Shown piece after piece: positions 1 through 14,240 of a stretch of 64,000 nucleotides of DNA (within the stretch, counting starts at the first letter, position 1; every line of letters starts with the position of its first letter). The stretch is from Paraspadella gotoi (taxonomy: Eukaryota > Animalia > Chaetognatha): the NCBI GenBank assembly GCA_051294375.1, contig CM119264.1:24727842-24791841 (forward strand), in the 5' to 3' direction. The notes under the pieces are model-generated. The model saw nothing but the letters and a program-made list of their open reading frames with translations, made no database searches and had not been told where the DNA came from. The translations under genes were made by a program, and so were the position numbers.

Positions 1-274
1 CAACGCGGTAAACGCATGTTCCCATGCGCGTGAAGAGGAAAATATCTTCACACTATGTGAATTCTATGTAATGCTTGTAATTGAATAAGATTTAATAATT
101 GTAGACATGTTAATAAGTCATTTTTTAACTTTTTTGTCAGTATTTTTTTTCGTTTTTCGTCATTCCATTTTTTTTTTTGTGTGTTTCTGACACCAAAAAA
201 CAAACGAGGAACGTAAACAGAGATCAAGAAGGGATACAAAGAGAATGGAAGGATCCGCCGCTTGGGACGCTAGC

Positions 275-276
<2 letters not shown>

Positions 277-328
<52 letters not shown>
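277..328. repeat. (AG)n microsatellite
   Basis: Direct dinucleotide run. One of many in the window (others at about 3297-3370, 13137-13208, 19551-19660, 39676-39788, 46404-46503). Confidence 0.97.
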
Positions 329-1727
329 GCAGTGAGGCTTACTTAGCGCGTGGGAGTCAGAGAGCAGGGACAAAACACTCACCCGCTTGGAAAGAGAGAG
401 AAAGAGACAGAGAGCGAGAGAGAGAGACTGACAGAAAGAAAGTAAAGGAGAGAACGAGTTAATATTTTCTTGATTCTCTTCTAAGACTTAGTGACGAGAA
501 ATATTTTAGTGTAACTTCGTATTTTACTCTCTTGTCTTGACGCATTCGTTCGTCCCATTTGACCCTGTCATATATTAAGTATAATATTATGGGAAAAATA
601 AAGAAAGAAAGTTAGAACGAAAAGAAAGTAATCAATGAAAAAAGACATACAAACAAAGAAACAAAATAAATAGAGAAAAAAAGAATTATTCTCCAGATGT
701 CGTCGCGAATAATTAATCCCGGGAAAATTGGCCGGGCAGCCTGTTGTTGCTGTCGTCAATTCCTCCGCAACATCGCGACGCCATTTTCAGGATCAGATGT
801 TTCATTTTCCGCGGAAAAGAATTAATCAAAAAAATGTCAGCGCGCTGTGGACTTGGATTTCGGCGCCGATGTGGTTTTCATATAAAACAAAGCTGCGACT
901 TCAACGTTCAATTTTATTCATTACTTCTACCAACTTCCGAATTTTTAGCGAATGATTTGCTCAGGAATTTGTACATAGACAAAAAAAGAAGTATTTAACG
1001 ATTATTAAACAACGACGATAACAAAATGAGAGAAGATAATAGTAAAAAACAATCAATCAGTCAAAATGAATATAAATGATCGTAGGTCAGCATTGAGGCA
1101 ATTTTAAGAATTGTTTAAATAGTTGTTATCGTTGTTGTTGTCACCAAAAATTAGAGTTGGTTGTTAATCTCACGATTTCGCATTTGCTATTTCAAAATTA
1201 AAAGGCGACCATCGAACGCAGAAGAATCTTTTGGATTTACCCAATGACGAACTTTTCCGCGATCCCCCTGTACGAAATTGTCAAGTTATTCGACCTCAGT
1301 TTGAAAGTCACTGTAATCTGGCAGAATCCGATTCTCGACCGCAAGGGGAGATGATCTCATGGGGCAATGGAGGAATGGGTAGGGGAAGGGGTAGGGGAAG
1401 AGGTGGGGCATGGGGTGGGGAAAGGGATGGAGGAAGAGGGAGATCAAGGAGAAGGGGGGAGAGAAAAAGGGAGGAGGGAGATGGTGGGTGGAAAAGAGGA
1501 AGCCTTCCATGTCGTTGTCGCTGTGGTGCGGTTTTGTTGTTCGTGGTAAATGAATAAAAAGTCAATAGGAAGTGAAAAAAGATGAGAATGTAAATAAAAC
1601 AAAGATAAGTTGAATTTAAAGATGTGAGCTAAAAACGAAGTTGGGAATCGGCAGAAAAAAAGTGAAAAAAAATTTTAAAAAAGTGAAAAAGTGAGAGTGA
1701 AAATTGATGTGAGGATCGGTGAATGGG

Positions 1728-1812
1728 GTGAGAATTAATGTGAGAATCGGCGAGTGATTGTGAGAATTAATGTGAGAATCGGCGAGTGATTGTGAGAATT
1801 TAAGTCAGAATC
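1728..1812. repeat. 32-bp tandem repeat (GTGAGAATTAATGTGAGAATCGGCGAGTGATT) x~2.5
   Basis: Unit visibly repeated back to back. Confidence 0.85.
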
Positions 1813-2196
1813 ATTGAGTGAGGCTGAGGATTGAGAAATGAAGAAAATAGGTTCGACAACAAAACGTGGAAACCCTTCTACTTCTCGCCACAATACGAAG
1901 GTCGTCCAAAGTTAATTGTCTGGAAAGAAAGAAAAAAAGTGGGAATCCAAAGAAATAACTTGTGGCGGCTTCTTGGCTCTTTCTATCCTTCCAATTCCAT
2001 CCTCCTCTTTCTCCTCCTCCTCCACCTCCTCCTCCTTTCTCTCGTCCTTCTCAGCGACCTCCCATGGGAGAGGGTATATCACAACGAAGGCGCAGTTCGG
2101 TGGGCACGTGAACAATGCCAAAATACAATATGCTCAAGAGTTTTTATTTTTTTAAAGATTTTGCAGAGCAATTAGAAATAAAAGAGAAACTCTCCC

Positions 2197-2297
2197 AGGC
2201 ACCCAAAAGCCCCTAAAGGCGCTCACAAGCGCCCAAAAGTCTCCCAAAGGCGCTTAAAGGCACCCAAAGGCGCACAAAGGCGCTCTAAGGCCTCTAA
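2197..2297. repeat. ~11-bp degenerate minisatellite (AAGGCGCNCAA-like) x~9
   Basis: ggcacccaaaa/gcccctaaag/gcgctcacaa/gcgcccaaaa/.../ggcgcacaaa/ggcgctctaa periodicity. Confidence 0.8.
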
Positions 2298-3292
2298 TCC
2301 TTGATTCGTCAACGCTGCTCGCCGCTCGTGTTGCGGCCATAAATCCTAACCTCAATTTGCTGGAGGTGAAGTCGAATGGATGGAAGGAGGATCTTAATGC
2401 CATTTGAAGGGAGGAGGAAAGGGAGGAAAGAAAAGGGTGAGGAGGAAAGGAAATGGGTAGGAGGAAAGGGAGGGAGGAAAGTAGGAAGATCTTAAAGCCA
2501 TTGAAAGGGAGGAGGGAAGGAAGAGTAGAAAAAGTAAGATTATAAAAGCGAAGGAGTATTTAAAAGCCTCATAAAAGTAATAGGATGAGAGGAAAGAATT
2601 GTAACTGAACGAACGAAGAAAGGGAAGAGAAAAAAAGAAAAAAAGTACGAATAAAGTTTTAATTTTTTGGGGATCGCTTTCCTTTAAAATTAATACCGTG
2701 AATAAAAAGTTAGTTTCTGCAGCTTAAAGACACAGAAAATTCAGATACTCTATAAAGAAAACAGCGAGTGAAGAAATATAGAAGAACAAAAGAGAGAGTG
2801 GAAGCGTTTAGAATAAAGTGGAGAATGGGGGAGGGTAGATCACAATGTGGGCTTTTCTCAGAAAAGGGCGGGAAAAATAAACACCATGGATAACTAGATG
2901 AACTAGAAAATAGTTTCTGTCTAGAAAAAAGTGGCGGGAAAAAGATTGCAAAAGAAAGTATAACTAAATATAAAATAAAATATAAAATACATACTCACAT
3001 CTTTATGTTCCCTCGAATTCACAATGAAAATCCTTTGCTCAGCAAATAAAAAAAAATTAAAAATTCTTTTTCTCCTTGAAAGCAATAATTGCAAATCTTT
3101 ATTGCCTTTGGCTTCGCGAGGTTACGGCGTACGAGTTATGGTGTTATGGTGCTATAGTTTGTAATGGGGCTATGGTGTGGGAGCCGCGTAGTGGGATACG
3201 ATTGGGTCGAGAAAAACGACTGTGAGGCCACGAGGAAGTTTTTTGAGTCTAAACTCTTCGAGTATGAGAATTGGGGAGAGAGATGAGGATAG

Positions 3293-3351
<59 letters not shown>

Positions 3352-3501
3352 AGAGAGAAGAGAGAGAGATGAGTAGGAGAGAAAAGTTCCATCACTGCGG
3401 TTTATCGCCTTTTCTTAAAAAGAATGAAAAATCGAAGGGGTCGAATTTTTTTTTTCTTCTCAGAAACGATTTCGCGCGATGCTCATCGGATCTTTGCTTT
3501 C

Positions 3502-3588
3502 GCTGGATAAAAGTTTAATTCACACAATATTATTATACGCCCTCGCTCACGGCTCTCTCTCTCTCTCTCTCCTCTCTCTCTTCTCTCT

Positions 3589-3642
<54 letters not shown>

Positions 3643-3983
3643 TCCCCTCCCACTCTTCGACTCCCTCTTTTCTTCTTACTATTCGAATCTCTCTCGCTCG
3701 CCTAACGAGCTACTTTTATAAAAACTCTTCTCACTCAGTCTCATTAAAACGCCGTTAAGTCCGCCCGTCGGAGACTCCGCCGCCGGAGCCTAATTTGCAT
3801 AACGAGGTTTTCGAGCGAAGCGGTGCCGCCTTTCGAAGATGTCCGCGCCCGGCGCGCCCACTGCCCGGCGCGCCCACTGCCAGGAGCCCCATAGCCGCCG
3901 CTGGGCCCAGCGCTGCCCGACCGAACGGCTTGCCCGCTCTGGCCGGACTGCCACCAGCGCCGCTAGTCGACGCCCGACGTTGA

Positions 3984-4021
<38 letters not shown>

Positions 4022-4089
4022 GAAAAAAAGGCAATGGAAAAAAAAGTACAAAAAGCCTGGAAAATAAAAAAGCGGACAAAAGGCCGCTG

Positions 4090-4126
<37 letters not shown>

Positions 4127-7065
4127 TCTATTTTCATTTTTTCACGCTTCTCCTCAACGACGGCTTTTGTTAAATCCAGGATGAACACTGAACGTAGCTT
4201 AACCTCTGCCTTTTCGAGCTCCACTACCGACAACTTTGCTCAACTACCGACCAAATTTTTTTAACTACCGACTAATTTTGCTCCACTTCCTTTAAACTTA
4301 ATAGCTTCAACCGTGAACCGCAGGGTAGTCTATAATCTATCTCCGCCATCGTGTATCTCCAACTAAGCTCCACTACTCTTAATGCCCCCCTTCCCTTTGT
4401 ACCCCGAGGTTTCGCCACCATAATCCCATTTTACTCCAGCAGATCCAAGCAAAACTCCAGCTCTTAATTCTTCCATCCCACTGTCGAGTTTACCACCCAA
4501 CAACCAAGCGCCTATTCATATGAACAACAAAAGCCACGAGTCAGTTCAGCCTCGATCCTGATACCTAATTATAATTTTCTAGGAGGCAAGGAAAACAAGA
4601 GTCCCCTACTTTAATTTCGTCTTCAACCTCACATCAGTGATGGCTTAAAAATCAGACCAACACTATGGCCTATACTCGTTTCCACATAGAACACAAACTT
4701 TACAATCTTCGCAGCTTTTCAGGAACACAACTCTAACATTCTTTCTAACAATTTCTAACTATTTATTCACCCTGGCACTTGACTAATTGAATTCTCTCCA
4801 TCTCGGCACCACACTAATTAAAATTTCCCTCATCCTGACATGTTAACTTTTAATTTTATCCTCCACTCTCCCCNNNNNNNNNNNNNNNNNNNNNNNNNNN
4901 NNNNNNNNNNNNNNNNNNNNNNNNNNNNNNNNNNNNNNNNNNNNNNNNNNNNNNNNNNNNNNNNNNNNNNNNNNNNNNNNNNNNNNNNNNNNNNNNNNNN
5001 NNNNNNNNNNNNNNNNNNNNNNNNNNNNNNNNNNNNNNNNNNNNNNNNNNNNNNNNNNNNNNNNNNNNNNNNNNNNNNNNNNNNNNNNNNNNNNNNNNNN
5101 NNNNNNNNNNNNNNNNNNNNNNNNNNNNNNNNNNNNNNNNNNNNNNNNNNNNNNNNNNNNNNNNNNNNNNNNNNNNNNNNNNNNNNNNNTTTTCCATATT
5201 TTTGAAGCCAAGAATCTAGAAGATTTTTTGGCGTAAAAACGGAGGAAATAAAAAAAAAGAGGAAAGTAAGATGACAAGAAAAAGATAGAAAGAAATAGAG
5301 AAAAAAAGATAGAAAGAGAAATGAAAGAAATAAAGAAAAAAGAAAAAAAAGAATGAATGAATGAAAGAAATAAAAACGAAAAAAAAGAATGAAGGAATAA
5401 AGAAAGAAGAAACATGTGAGTCTGCATAAGAAAGAGTGATAAGTCCTTCCAAAGCAAAAAATTGGGTTCACGCGCTGAGACAGCGAATCACTGATTTGAC
5501 TCTTTGCGAAATCCTAAGACTTTTTTAAAAAAAAATTTTCCTCGGATTTGTAGTATCTATCTGACTATCACTTTGGCCCAATAGAACAATGTTAATATAA
5601 AAAACTATCAGTCCATCGAATATGAGGTTCTCTCTCTCTATCTCTCTTTCAACATCGGTACACGTCACAATGAAAGAAAACAAAGAAAAACACGTACGAA
5701 AGACCCGCGAACTAATAAAAAGGAAAAATAAATAGGCATTTAAGGCCGGTCACTTCTGTTTCTAGAAAACCACCTGCTCTTCTCAGATAGACTGAATTTC
5801 CTCCGTCGTTTGAATACTGGGTTTTTTTCGATTTGAGGAAGAAAAAAAANNNNNNNNNNNNNNNNNNNNNNNNNNNNNNNNNNNNNNNNNNNNNNNNNNN
5901 NNNNNNNNNNNNNNNNNNNNNNNAAAAAAAACAAAACAAAACGAAATAAAAACAGCGCAGAGTCAAATGCTGAACTGCTGCCGCTGCTGCACCCCTCCGC
6001 CGCCCCACCACAGCCTCCGCCGCAGCTGCCGTCGTTATGTCACATATTGAGCTTTATTTCGTAACAATATTTCCTAATGCGTTGGGTGATCAAAGGCCGA
6101 GTTCTTCATCTCTCCGACGCGAATGTCTTCCCATTTGAAAATATGGATATTGCTTCACCCCCCCCCTCGATCCTTGTTGTTGTTGTGTTTGTCGGCGGTC
6201 GTTGCCAAGTTTTTCTCACGGTATCCATGGAAACGATATGCAAGCCGACTGACCGACCAACCGAATCGGATCCAACTTTTTCGAACTCACTTTGGGCGAA
6301 GATTTTATTTCGATGTGGCGTCCGACGAGTGGATCGGGTAAGGTCGGGGGAGGTCGTTCTTCTTCGTTGTGGGTCAGGNNNNNNNNNNNNNNNNNNNNNN
6401 NNNNNNNNNNNNNNNNNNNNNNNNNNNNNNNNNNNNNNNNNNNNNNNNNNNNNNNNNNNNNNNNNNNNNNNNNNNNNNNNNNNNNNNNNNNNNNNNNNNN
6501 NNNNNNNNNNNNNNNNNNNNNNNNNNNNNNNNNNNNNNNNNNNNNNNNNNNNNNNNNNNNNNNNNNNNNNNNNNNNNNNNNNNNNNNNNNNNNNNNNNNN
6601 NNNNNNNNNNNNNNNNNNNNNNNNNNNNNNNNNNNNNNNNNNNNNNNNNNNNNNNNNNNNNCCCATTATTCTCTCTCTTTCCCAGTTATTAAATCCTAGC
6701 TCCAGTGCTCCATCACTACTTATCTTTGTATTCATCTTCAACTGCTTTGGGATTCGTTGCTGACTCACATTCATCTCACACTGCTCCTCCAATCCAGTTT
6801 CATAAACTTCCTTGCTCCTGCAATTGCTCCAATACTCTCCCGTATTCCCGATGGAGCAAACTCACCCATCTCATTTTTCCCGACAATGTCGTATAGTTCT
6901 TCCCTTCCCCCAGTTACACACAACCCAAGTCAATTATGTACACTCTCCAATTCTTCCTCCACTTTACGTTCACTGATCTTAAAAACGACCACACCACTCA
7001 GCTGGCGATAAAAAGTTTAATTCCAGCCACAAATATTACATACACACCTACGCCTCGCTCACAGG

Positions 7066-7115
<50 letters not shown>

Positions 7116-7118
7116 CTC

Positions 7119-7150
<32 letters not shown>

Positions 7151-7728
7151 TCACCCTCTCCCACTCTCTTCCGAACCTCCCCTTTTCTTCTTACCTATTC
7201 GAATCTCTCTCTGCTCGTCCTAACGAGCTACTTTTTATATAATAAAAAAACTCTTCCTCTCACCAGTTCTTCATCTTTTTTTTTAAAACGCCGTTTAAGT
7301 CCGCCACCAGTTCTCCGGGTTGACTCGCCACGCCCTCGTCCGCGTAGGGCACTCCGCTCCCCGCCGGAGCCCCTAATTTGATAAGAGGTTCTTCGAGCGA
7401 ACGGCGGGTATAGCCGCGCCTTTCGAAGATGTCCGCAGGCCGCCGGCCGCGCCCACTCTGACCCGTACGCGCGCCCACTGCAGGGCCCCATGCCGCCGCT
7501 GGCCAGCGCTGCCCTACCGAACGGCTTGCCCGGCTTCTTGGCCGACTGCCACCAGCCGCCCGCTAGTCGACAACCCGCGTTGAAGAGAAGAGAGAGAGAT
7601 GAAGAGAAGAGGAAAGGAGAGCGCAGAGACCAGAGGAGAAAGGAGAGGAAATAAAGGCAATTGTGGAAAAAAAAGTTACAAAAAGCCTTGGGGGGAAAAA
7701 TAAAAAAATGCGGACCAAAGGCCGCTGC

Positions 7729-7798
<70 letters not shown>

Positions 7799-10700
7799 AC
7801 TTTCATTTTTCATTTTTTTCACGCCTTCTCCTCAACGACGGCTTTTGTTAAATCCAGGCATGAACACTGAACGTTTCTAGCTTAACCTCTGCCTTTTCGA
7901 GCTCCACTACCGACCAACTTTTTGCTCAAACTACCGACCAAATTTTTTATATACTACCGCCGATCCTACTTAATTTTTGCTCCACTTCCTTTTTAACTTA
8001 ATAGCTTCAACCTGTGAAACCGCTCCAGGGCTATCAGTCTATAATCTATCTCCGCCATCGCTGTATCTCCATACAAGCTCCACTATACTCTCTTTAATGC
8101 CCCCCTTCCCTTTTGTACCCGAGGTGTTCCGCCACATAATCCCATTTACTCCAGCAGATCCTAAAGCCAAACTCCAGCTTTAATTCTTCCATTACCCACT
8201 CTGTCGAGTTTACCACCCAACAACCCCAAGCCCCGCCCTTTTCATATGACAACAAAAGCCACGAGTCAGTTCAGCCTCGATCCCTCCCTGATATCCCCCC
8301 TAATTATAATTTCTAGCAGGCCTTCTGACGGCAAGGGGGTTGGAAAACAAGAGTCCCCTACTTTAATTTCGTCTTCAACCTCACATCAGTGCATGCCGCT
8401 TAAAAATCAGACCAAACACTTATGGCCTATACTCGTTTCCACATAGAACACAAACTTTACAATCCTCTTTTCGCGGCTTTTCAGAACACAACTCAACATT
8501 CTTTCTAACAATTTCTAACTATTTATTAACCCTGCGCCACTTGACTAATTGAATCTTCTCCATCTCGGCACCACACTAATTAAAATTTCCCTCATCCTGA
8601 CATGTTAACTTTAATTTTTAATCCTCCCCTCTCCCCCTTCTCTTCCCCCCCTTTCCTCCCTCCTTTCCCCTCCACCATTTTCAGTCCCCTCTCCTCCAGA
8701 CTGAAATGCAAAAAAACAAAATGGTCTCGTCAAAAGGAGGCGCCGACACTTCGGAGGCGATCACCTCCTTCGTATTTTCTTCATTTCTCCTCGAACTCCC
8801 TCTCCTCTCTTTCTCTTCTCTCTTTCTCTTCTCTCTTTTTTTCTTTCTGTTTATTTTCTTTCAACTCTTTTTCTCGTCTCTTCTTTCTTTTGTCTTCTTC
8901 TTTGCTCTTCTTTTCTTACTCTCTTTCGCCATTTTCTAACTTTTCTTCTCGACTTTCTATCCCGTCTGCCTTATCCGGACACATCTTTTTCTCTTCATCC
9001 CGCCGCGCTGTGATTCTCAATCACGCTCTATTTCCCTTCTTCCTCCTTTTTTCTTCTCCCAAACTCCTTTCTCTTTCTTCTTTCCTCATTTTTCTCCACT
9101 TCCTCCCTTCCCTTCCTCTCGCCTACCCATCGTCCGTTCGTGTGTTCCTCTTATGTTTTTCCATTATTTTTTGAAGCCAAGGAATCTAGAAGCATTTTTT
9201 TTGGCACCTGTAAAAACGCGAGAGAATAAAATAAAGAGGAAAGTAAGATTGACAATAATAAAGATTTAGAAATGAAATAGAGAAAAAAGCATTAGAAAAG
9301 AGAATGAAAGAAATAAAGAAAAAAAAGAAAAAAAAAGAATGAATGAATGAAAGAAATAAATACGGAAAAAAAAAAAAAGATCATGAAGGAATAAAGAAAG
9401 AAGAAACATGCTGAGTCTGCATAAGAAAAGTGATAAGTCCTTCCAAAGCAAAAAAATTGCGGTTTTTCACGCGCGCTCGAGACAGCGAATCACTGATTGA
9501 CTCTTTTGCGAAATCCTAAGACCTTAAAAAAAAAAAATTTTCCTCGATTTGTAGTATCTATTCTACTATCACTTGGCCCCAAATAGAACAATTGTTTAAT
9601 ATTAAAAACACTATCAGTCCTATCGAATATGAGTTTCTCTCTCTCATATCCCTCTTCAACATCGGTACACCTCACAATGGAAAGAAAACAAAGAAAAAAC
9701 ACGTACGAAAGACCCGCCGAACTAATAAAAGGAAAAATAAATAGGCATTTAACTGGCGCCGTCAGCTTCTGTTTCTAGTGAAAACCATCCTGCTCTCTCA
9801 GATAGACCTGACATTTCCTCCGTCGGTTTGAATACTGGTTTTTTTTTCGATTTGGAAGAAAAAAAACAAACACAAACGAAATTAAAAACAGCGCAGAGTC
9901 AAATGCTGAAAACTGCTGCCGCCTGGCTTGCACCCCTCCGCCCGCCCCACCACAGCCTCCGCCGCAGCTGCCCGTCGTTATGCTACACATACTTGAGCTT
10001 TTATTTCGTAACAATATTTCCTAATTGCGTTGGGTTGATCAAAGCGCCGAGTTCTTTCGTCTCTCCGGACGCGAATGTTTCCCATTGAAAATTATGTTGG
10101 ATATGCTTCACCCCCCCCTCGATCCTTGTTGTTTGTTGTGTTTGTCGGCGGTCTCGTTGCCAAGTTTTTCTCACTGTATCCATGGAAACGATATGCAAGC
10201 CGACTGCCGACCAACCGAATCGGCATCCAACTTTTTCGATACTCATCTTTGGGGCTGAAGATTTTTATTTCGGAGTGTGGCGTTCCGAGGAGTCGATCAC
10301 GGGTAAGCGTCGGGGCAAGTCGTCTCTTTCTTCGTTGGGGTTCAGGCTGGATTCTGGAGATGAATGAAGCCAACAAGAGATTCGATGCTCGCTCGCTTGC
10401 TTGCTTGCTTGCTTGCTTGCTTTTCTTTTTTTTTTCTTTCTTTCTTCTCTTTCTTTCTTTCCTTTTTTCTTTCTTTCTTCTTTTCTTTCTTTCTTTCTTT
10501 CTTTCTTTGTTCTTTGTTTCTTTGTTTCTTTTCTTTCTCTTCATGTGTCCTGCCCTGCTTCAATCTACAATCTCTATATTTTCCGATGCTACAAAGTTTT
10601 TTTTTGTCTTTCTCCCCATTATTCTCTCTCTTTCCCAGTTTATTAAATCCTAGCTCCAGCTGCTCCATTCACTACTTATCTTTTTGTATTCATCTTCACA

Positions 10701-10990
10701 ACTGCTGATTCGTTGCAGACTTAATTCATCTCCACACTGCTCCTTTCCAATCCAGTTCATAAACTGCCTTGCATTCCTTGGCAATTGCTCCAATACTCTC
10801 CCGTATTCCCGATTGGGAGCAAAACTCACCCATCTCATTTTTTCCGACAATGTCGTTATAGGTTCTTCCCTTCCCCCAGTTAACACACCCAAACCCCAAG
10901 GGTTCCCAAAAAAATTATTGTACACTCTTCCAATTCTTCCTCCACTTTACGGTTCAAACTGATCTTAAAAACGAACTCCACACCACTCCA
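3502..10990. repeat. ~3.5-4 kb tandem duplication (3502-7000 vs 7001-10990), probably an assembly/gap-fill artefact; content unclassified
   Basis: Both copies begin (g)ctgg(cg)ataaaagtttaattc and end actgatcttaaaaacga..cacaccactc. They are colinear throughout and differ mostly by scattered 1-3 nt indels. Copy 2 has sequence where copy 1 has N-runs. Confidence 0.9.
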
Positions 10991-12095
10991 CTCGTCACAA
11001 CACTCACTCGTCACTCCCACTCACTCGTCACTATCACTCACTCGAATCCCACTCTCTCGACACACCACAGTTCTCGCACCCCAAACTGACATTTATATTA
11101 AGCCACTACAGTTTACATCGTTTATTTTGAAGGAGTGGCTTTTTTCATTTTCTCTCTCTCATCTTCTCTCTCTCTCTTTCTCTCTCTCTCTCTCCTCTCT
11201 TCTCTCTCTCTCTCTCCTCTTCTCTCTCTCTCTAAAATCCCTCCCTTAGTCGCCAGAGCTTTGCTCGAAGGCAAAACAAAAAAACTTTGACTTTTTTTAT
11301 TTTTCCTTTTTTTCGTCTAATAAAGAAGAAGAGAGAAGGGGCTTAAATGTGTTGGAGTGAAAGATCTGGCGAGGATTAAACGCAATACGAGCAGAGAGAA
11401 TGAGCAGAGAGAGAGACCGAGAGATGACGGAGGACGAGAGAGAGAGAGAGAGAGGAAGAGATGAGATAAAGACGAGTAACTGAAAGAGAGAGAGAGAGAA
11501 AGAGGTTTTGTGACGGGAGGATGCTCTGTGATCATTTTCGTTGTTATTGTTTTCTAGAACAGATTTCTCACTTGACTAGATTTATGTTACAATCCTTTAA
11601 ACGTTCAAAATTGAGTTCAGGAATAAGTTTCAGAAATTTTTTGGATACATTTTGTCTCTTGCGATAAATTTGAATTTTTAAAAAATGATGTGTTTTAAAA
11701 TAAAGACATCCAGCTCCTTATGGAGAAGATTGTGAATACTTTGTTTTTGAATAACTTAAACATTAATATTGTACGCGAAACAATATTTTCTTGCTGTTGC
11801 CATATGATACGCTACTTAATCGAGAATCATATACATACATTACAAACTAACTTAAAAAAAACCTAAGAACAGGCTCTTATCCAAACGACAGCATCTTTCA
11901 ATTGCATCTCAAACGACGACGTCCAAATGTCATCAAGTTCCTGAACGAAATGCAATGAATTCGTAGTCTAATGATGCAAACGCGGCATTGAATTTTAACC
12001 GAAAAAACTTTTCTTCCTTATGAATACTGCAATTTCTTTAGTATTCCGTCCGATTGTCGTCTGTTTGTAGTCGTCGTTCGTCCGTCGTCGTTGCG

Positions 12096-12221
12096 TCATT
12101 CGTCCTCCTGCTCTTCAATTGAAGTAGGAGTCTTTACGTCGTTCTCTGCAGATCGACGGAAGCACTTTTCAATGCGAGATTTTTCGTTCAAATCTGCCCT
12201 TACCAAACAATATAAACGCTC
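12096..12221 (-). CDS. possible terminal coding exon (ERLYCLVRADLNEKSRIEKCFRRSAENDVKTPTSIEEQEDE*), unassigned
   Basis: Preceded by ttttaaccag acceptor-like site, open for 41 codons to TGA, protein-like composition. No homology recognised. Confidence 0.2.
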   Translation of the reverse strand, partial: ERLYCLVRADLNEKSRIEKCFRRSAENDVKTPTSIEEQEDE

Positions 12222-13134
12222 CTGGTTAAAAATTCTGGTAAAATATCAGTAAAAACACTTTTGGATTCGATTCCTCGTTGCATCTGAAGGGCTCGCATTT
12301 TTTTTCTCTTGTCAATCCATCATCTCTTGCATATCAAACAAGCCAGAACAAATAGACTGTTTCTCGCATGCGAAAAATTTTTCCCATCTCTGTATTGTTT
12401 ATATAGACAATAAAAGGGATTTTTTTCCTTGAAAACGATATAAACGCTGACTTGAGGATAATGTTCCTGTTTTAACAAATGATGGCTAATTTGGGAATCC
12501 TTTGGCAAAGTGTCTGAAGGGGCTCTCCAAATTTTTTTCCTTTTTACAAATTTTTTTGTTATTTCTGATATGATACCGATCACTTGATAAAGTTGAATTA
12601 GTCTATTTTGGTTGAAATTTTTATTTAAAGTAAAAGTAAAAGAGGAGCCTAAACAATCGGAATTCTTAAGAGTTTTCAACCGGGAGTCAGATTCGGAAAA
12701 AAATCTTCTATGGCGAAAATTCTTCCAAAGAAGGGCGCTGGATTTCTAAAGATTTTGCGTTAATATTTTCTATATTTTTTATGGTTGGATTTTTTTCGAA
12801 ACTTAATATTTAACAATATTGCCATCATTCTACCTTGGCCGGCATCAAGAATATATTAAAAAAACCTNNNNNNNNNNNNNNNNNNNNNNNNNACCTCGGG
12901 CTTTGTTCGTCAGAGCTTAGTCCTAATTGAAGAGGAAGAAGAAAAAAGAAAGAAAGAAAGAAAAAGAAAGAAGCCAAAAGTGAATTTTTTTTTCCACCCG
13001 TGCGAAGTTTTATGTCTGTGAGAGGCTTTGACATCAGCCCCTCTATCTCTTTTTCTTTCTTCTCTCTTATTTTTTCATTTTTCTCTTTTTCTTTTCTTTT
13101 TCTTCTTTTTTTTTGACGAATACTAAATTAATTT

Positions 13135-13211
<77 letters not shown>

Positions 13212-13565
13212 GGGATATATATTTTTCCGGACGACTTACATTCAAAACTTTTTTTTTCCTTTAAGTTTTTTAAATTTTTTTTCCGAATTCCTTTCCTTAT
13301 TTAAACATTATCTTTTGAAGAAGAGGAGAATGGGAGTAGGAATCAAAATTTTTATAGATTTCGATTTCTATTAAAATCAAATGTAATATTTTACGAGATC
13401 GTTTCTCGACAACAGTTTTATATTACGCTTCTCAACTTCACTAAACTTCACTGCGTATCGCGTATCACGTATCGCGTATCACTAAACTTCACTGCGTATC
13501 GCTGCGTACCACGCTCAATTGAGACAACATTAAACCATAAATTAAGAAGATATTAAATGTGAGGA

Positions 13566-14240
13566 GTGAGAGAAGGAGACGAGAAGAGGTGGAAGGGAGG
13601 GGGAGAAAGGAGGGAGAGGGAGAGGAGGGAGAGAGGTAAGGGAAGGAGAAGAAGGGGAGTCGGAGGAGCGTGGGGAGCGGGGGGGGAGAGGGAGGGAGGA
13701 GGAGGGAGGTCGGGAGAGAACCGAGGAGAGATGCAGAGAGGGGAGAGGGGGGGGGGAGGCGAGGGGAGGGGGAGAGCAGTGAAAGGAGAGAAAGGAGAAA
13801 GAGAAGGGGAGGCAAGAGGAAGGGAAAGGGGGGGGGGAGGAGGGAGAGGAAGGAGCGGAACCGGGAGAGGAGGGGGAGAGATCGGTGGAGGCGACGCCCG
13901 GGAGCGCGGAGGGGGAGAGGAGGGACGCAAGGGGGCGAGAGGAAGGAGAAGAAGAGGGAGGGGGACGGAGAGGGGTAGCGGGGAAAAGCTGGAGTCTGGG
14001 AGGGAGGGGGATGGGGCGAGGGAGAGAGAGAAGGAGGGGGAGGGGCGAAGAGGAGGGATGGAAAGGGGGGAGGGAGGAAGGGAGGGAGACGGGGAGGGGG
14101 GGGAGAGAGGAGGGGTGAGAGGGCGAGGAGGGGAGGAGGGAGGGAATAGAAGAGAGAGAGAGGAGGGAGAGAGAGAAGAGAAGAAGAGAGAGAGAAGGAG
14201 ACGAGAGAAGATGAGAGAGGACGACGAGAGAGAGAAGAGA
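13566..14240. repeat. polypurine (G/A) low-complexity tract
   Basis: About 670 nt almost entirely G and A. Probably noisy read sequence. Explains the long GRE-rich and PSL-rich ORFs. Confidence 0.9.

Noticed and set aside
12320-12679. 119-aa ORF as a gene
   Set aside because: No recognisable motif, AT-rich, no supporting splice structure.
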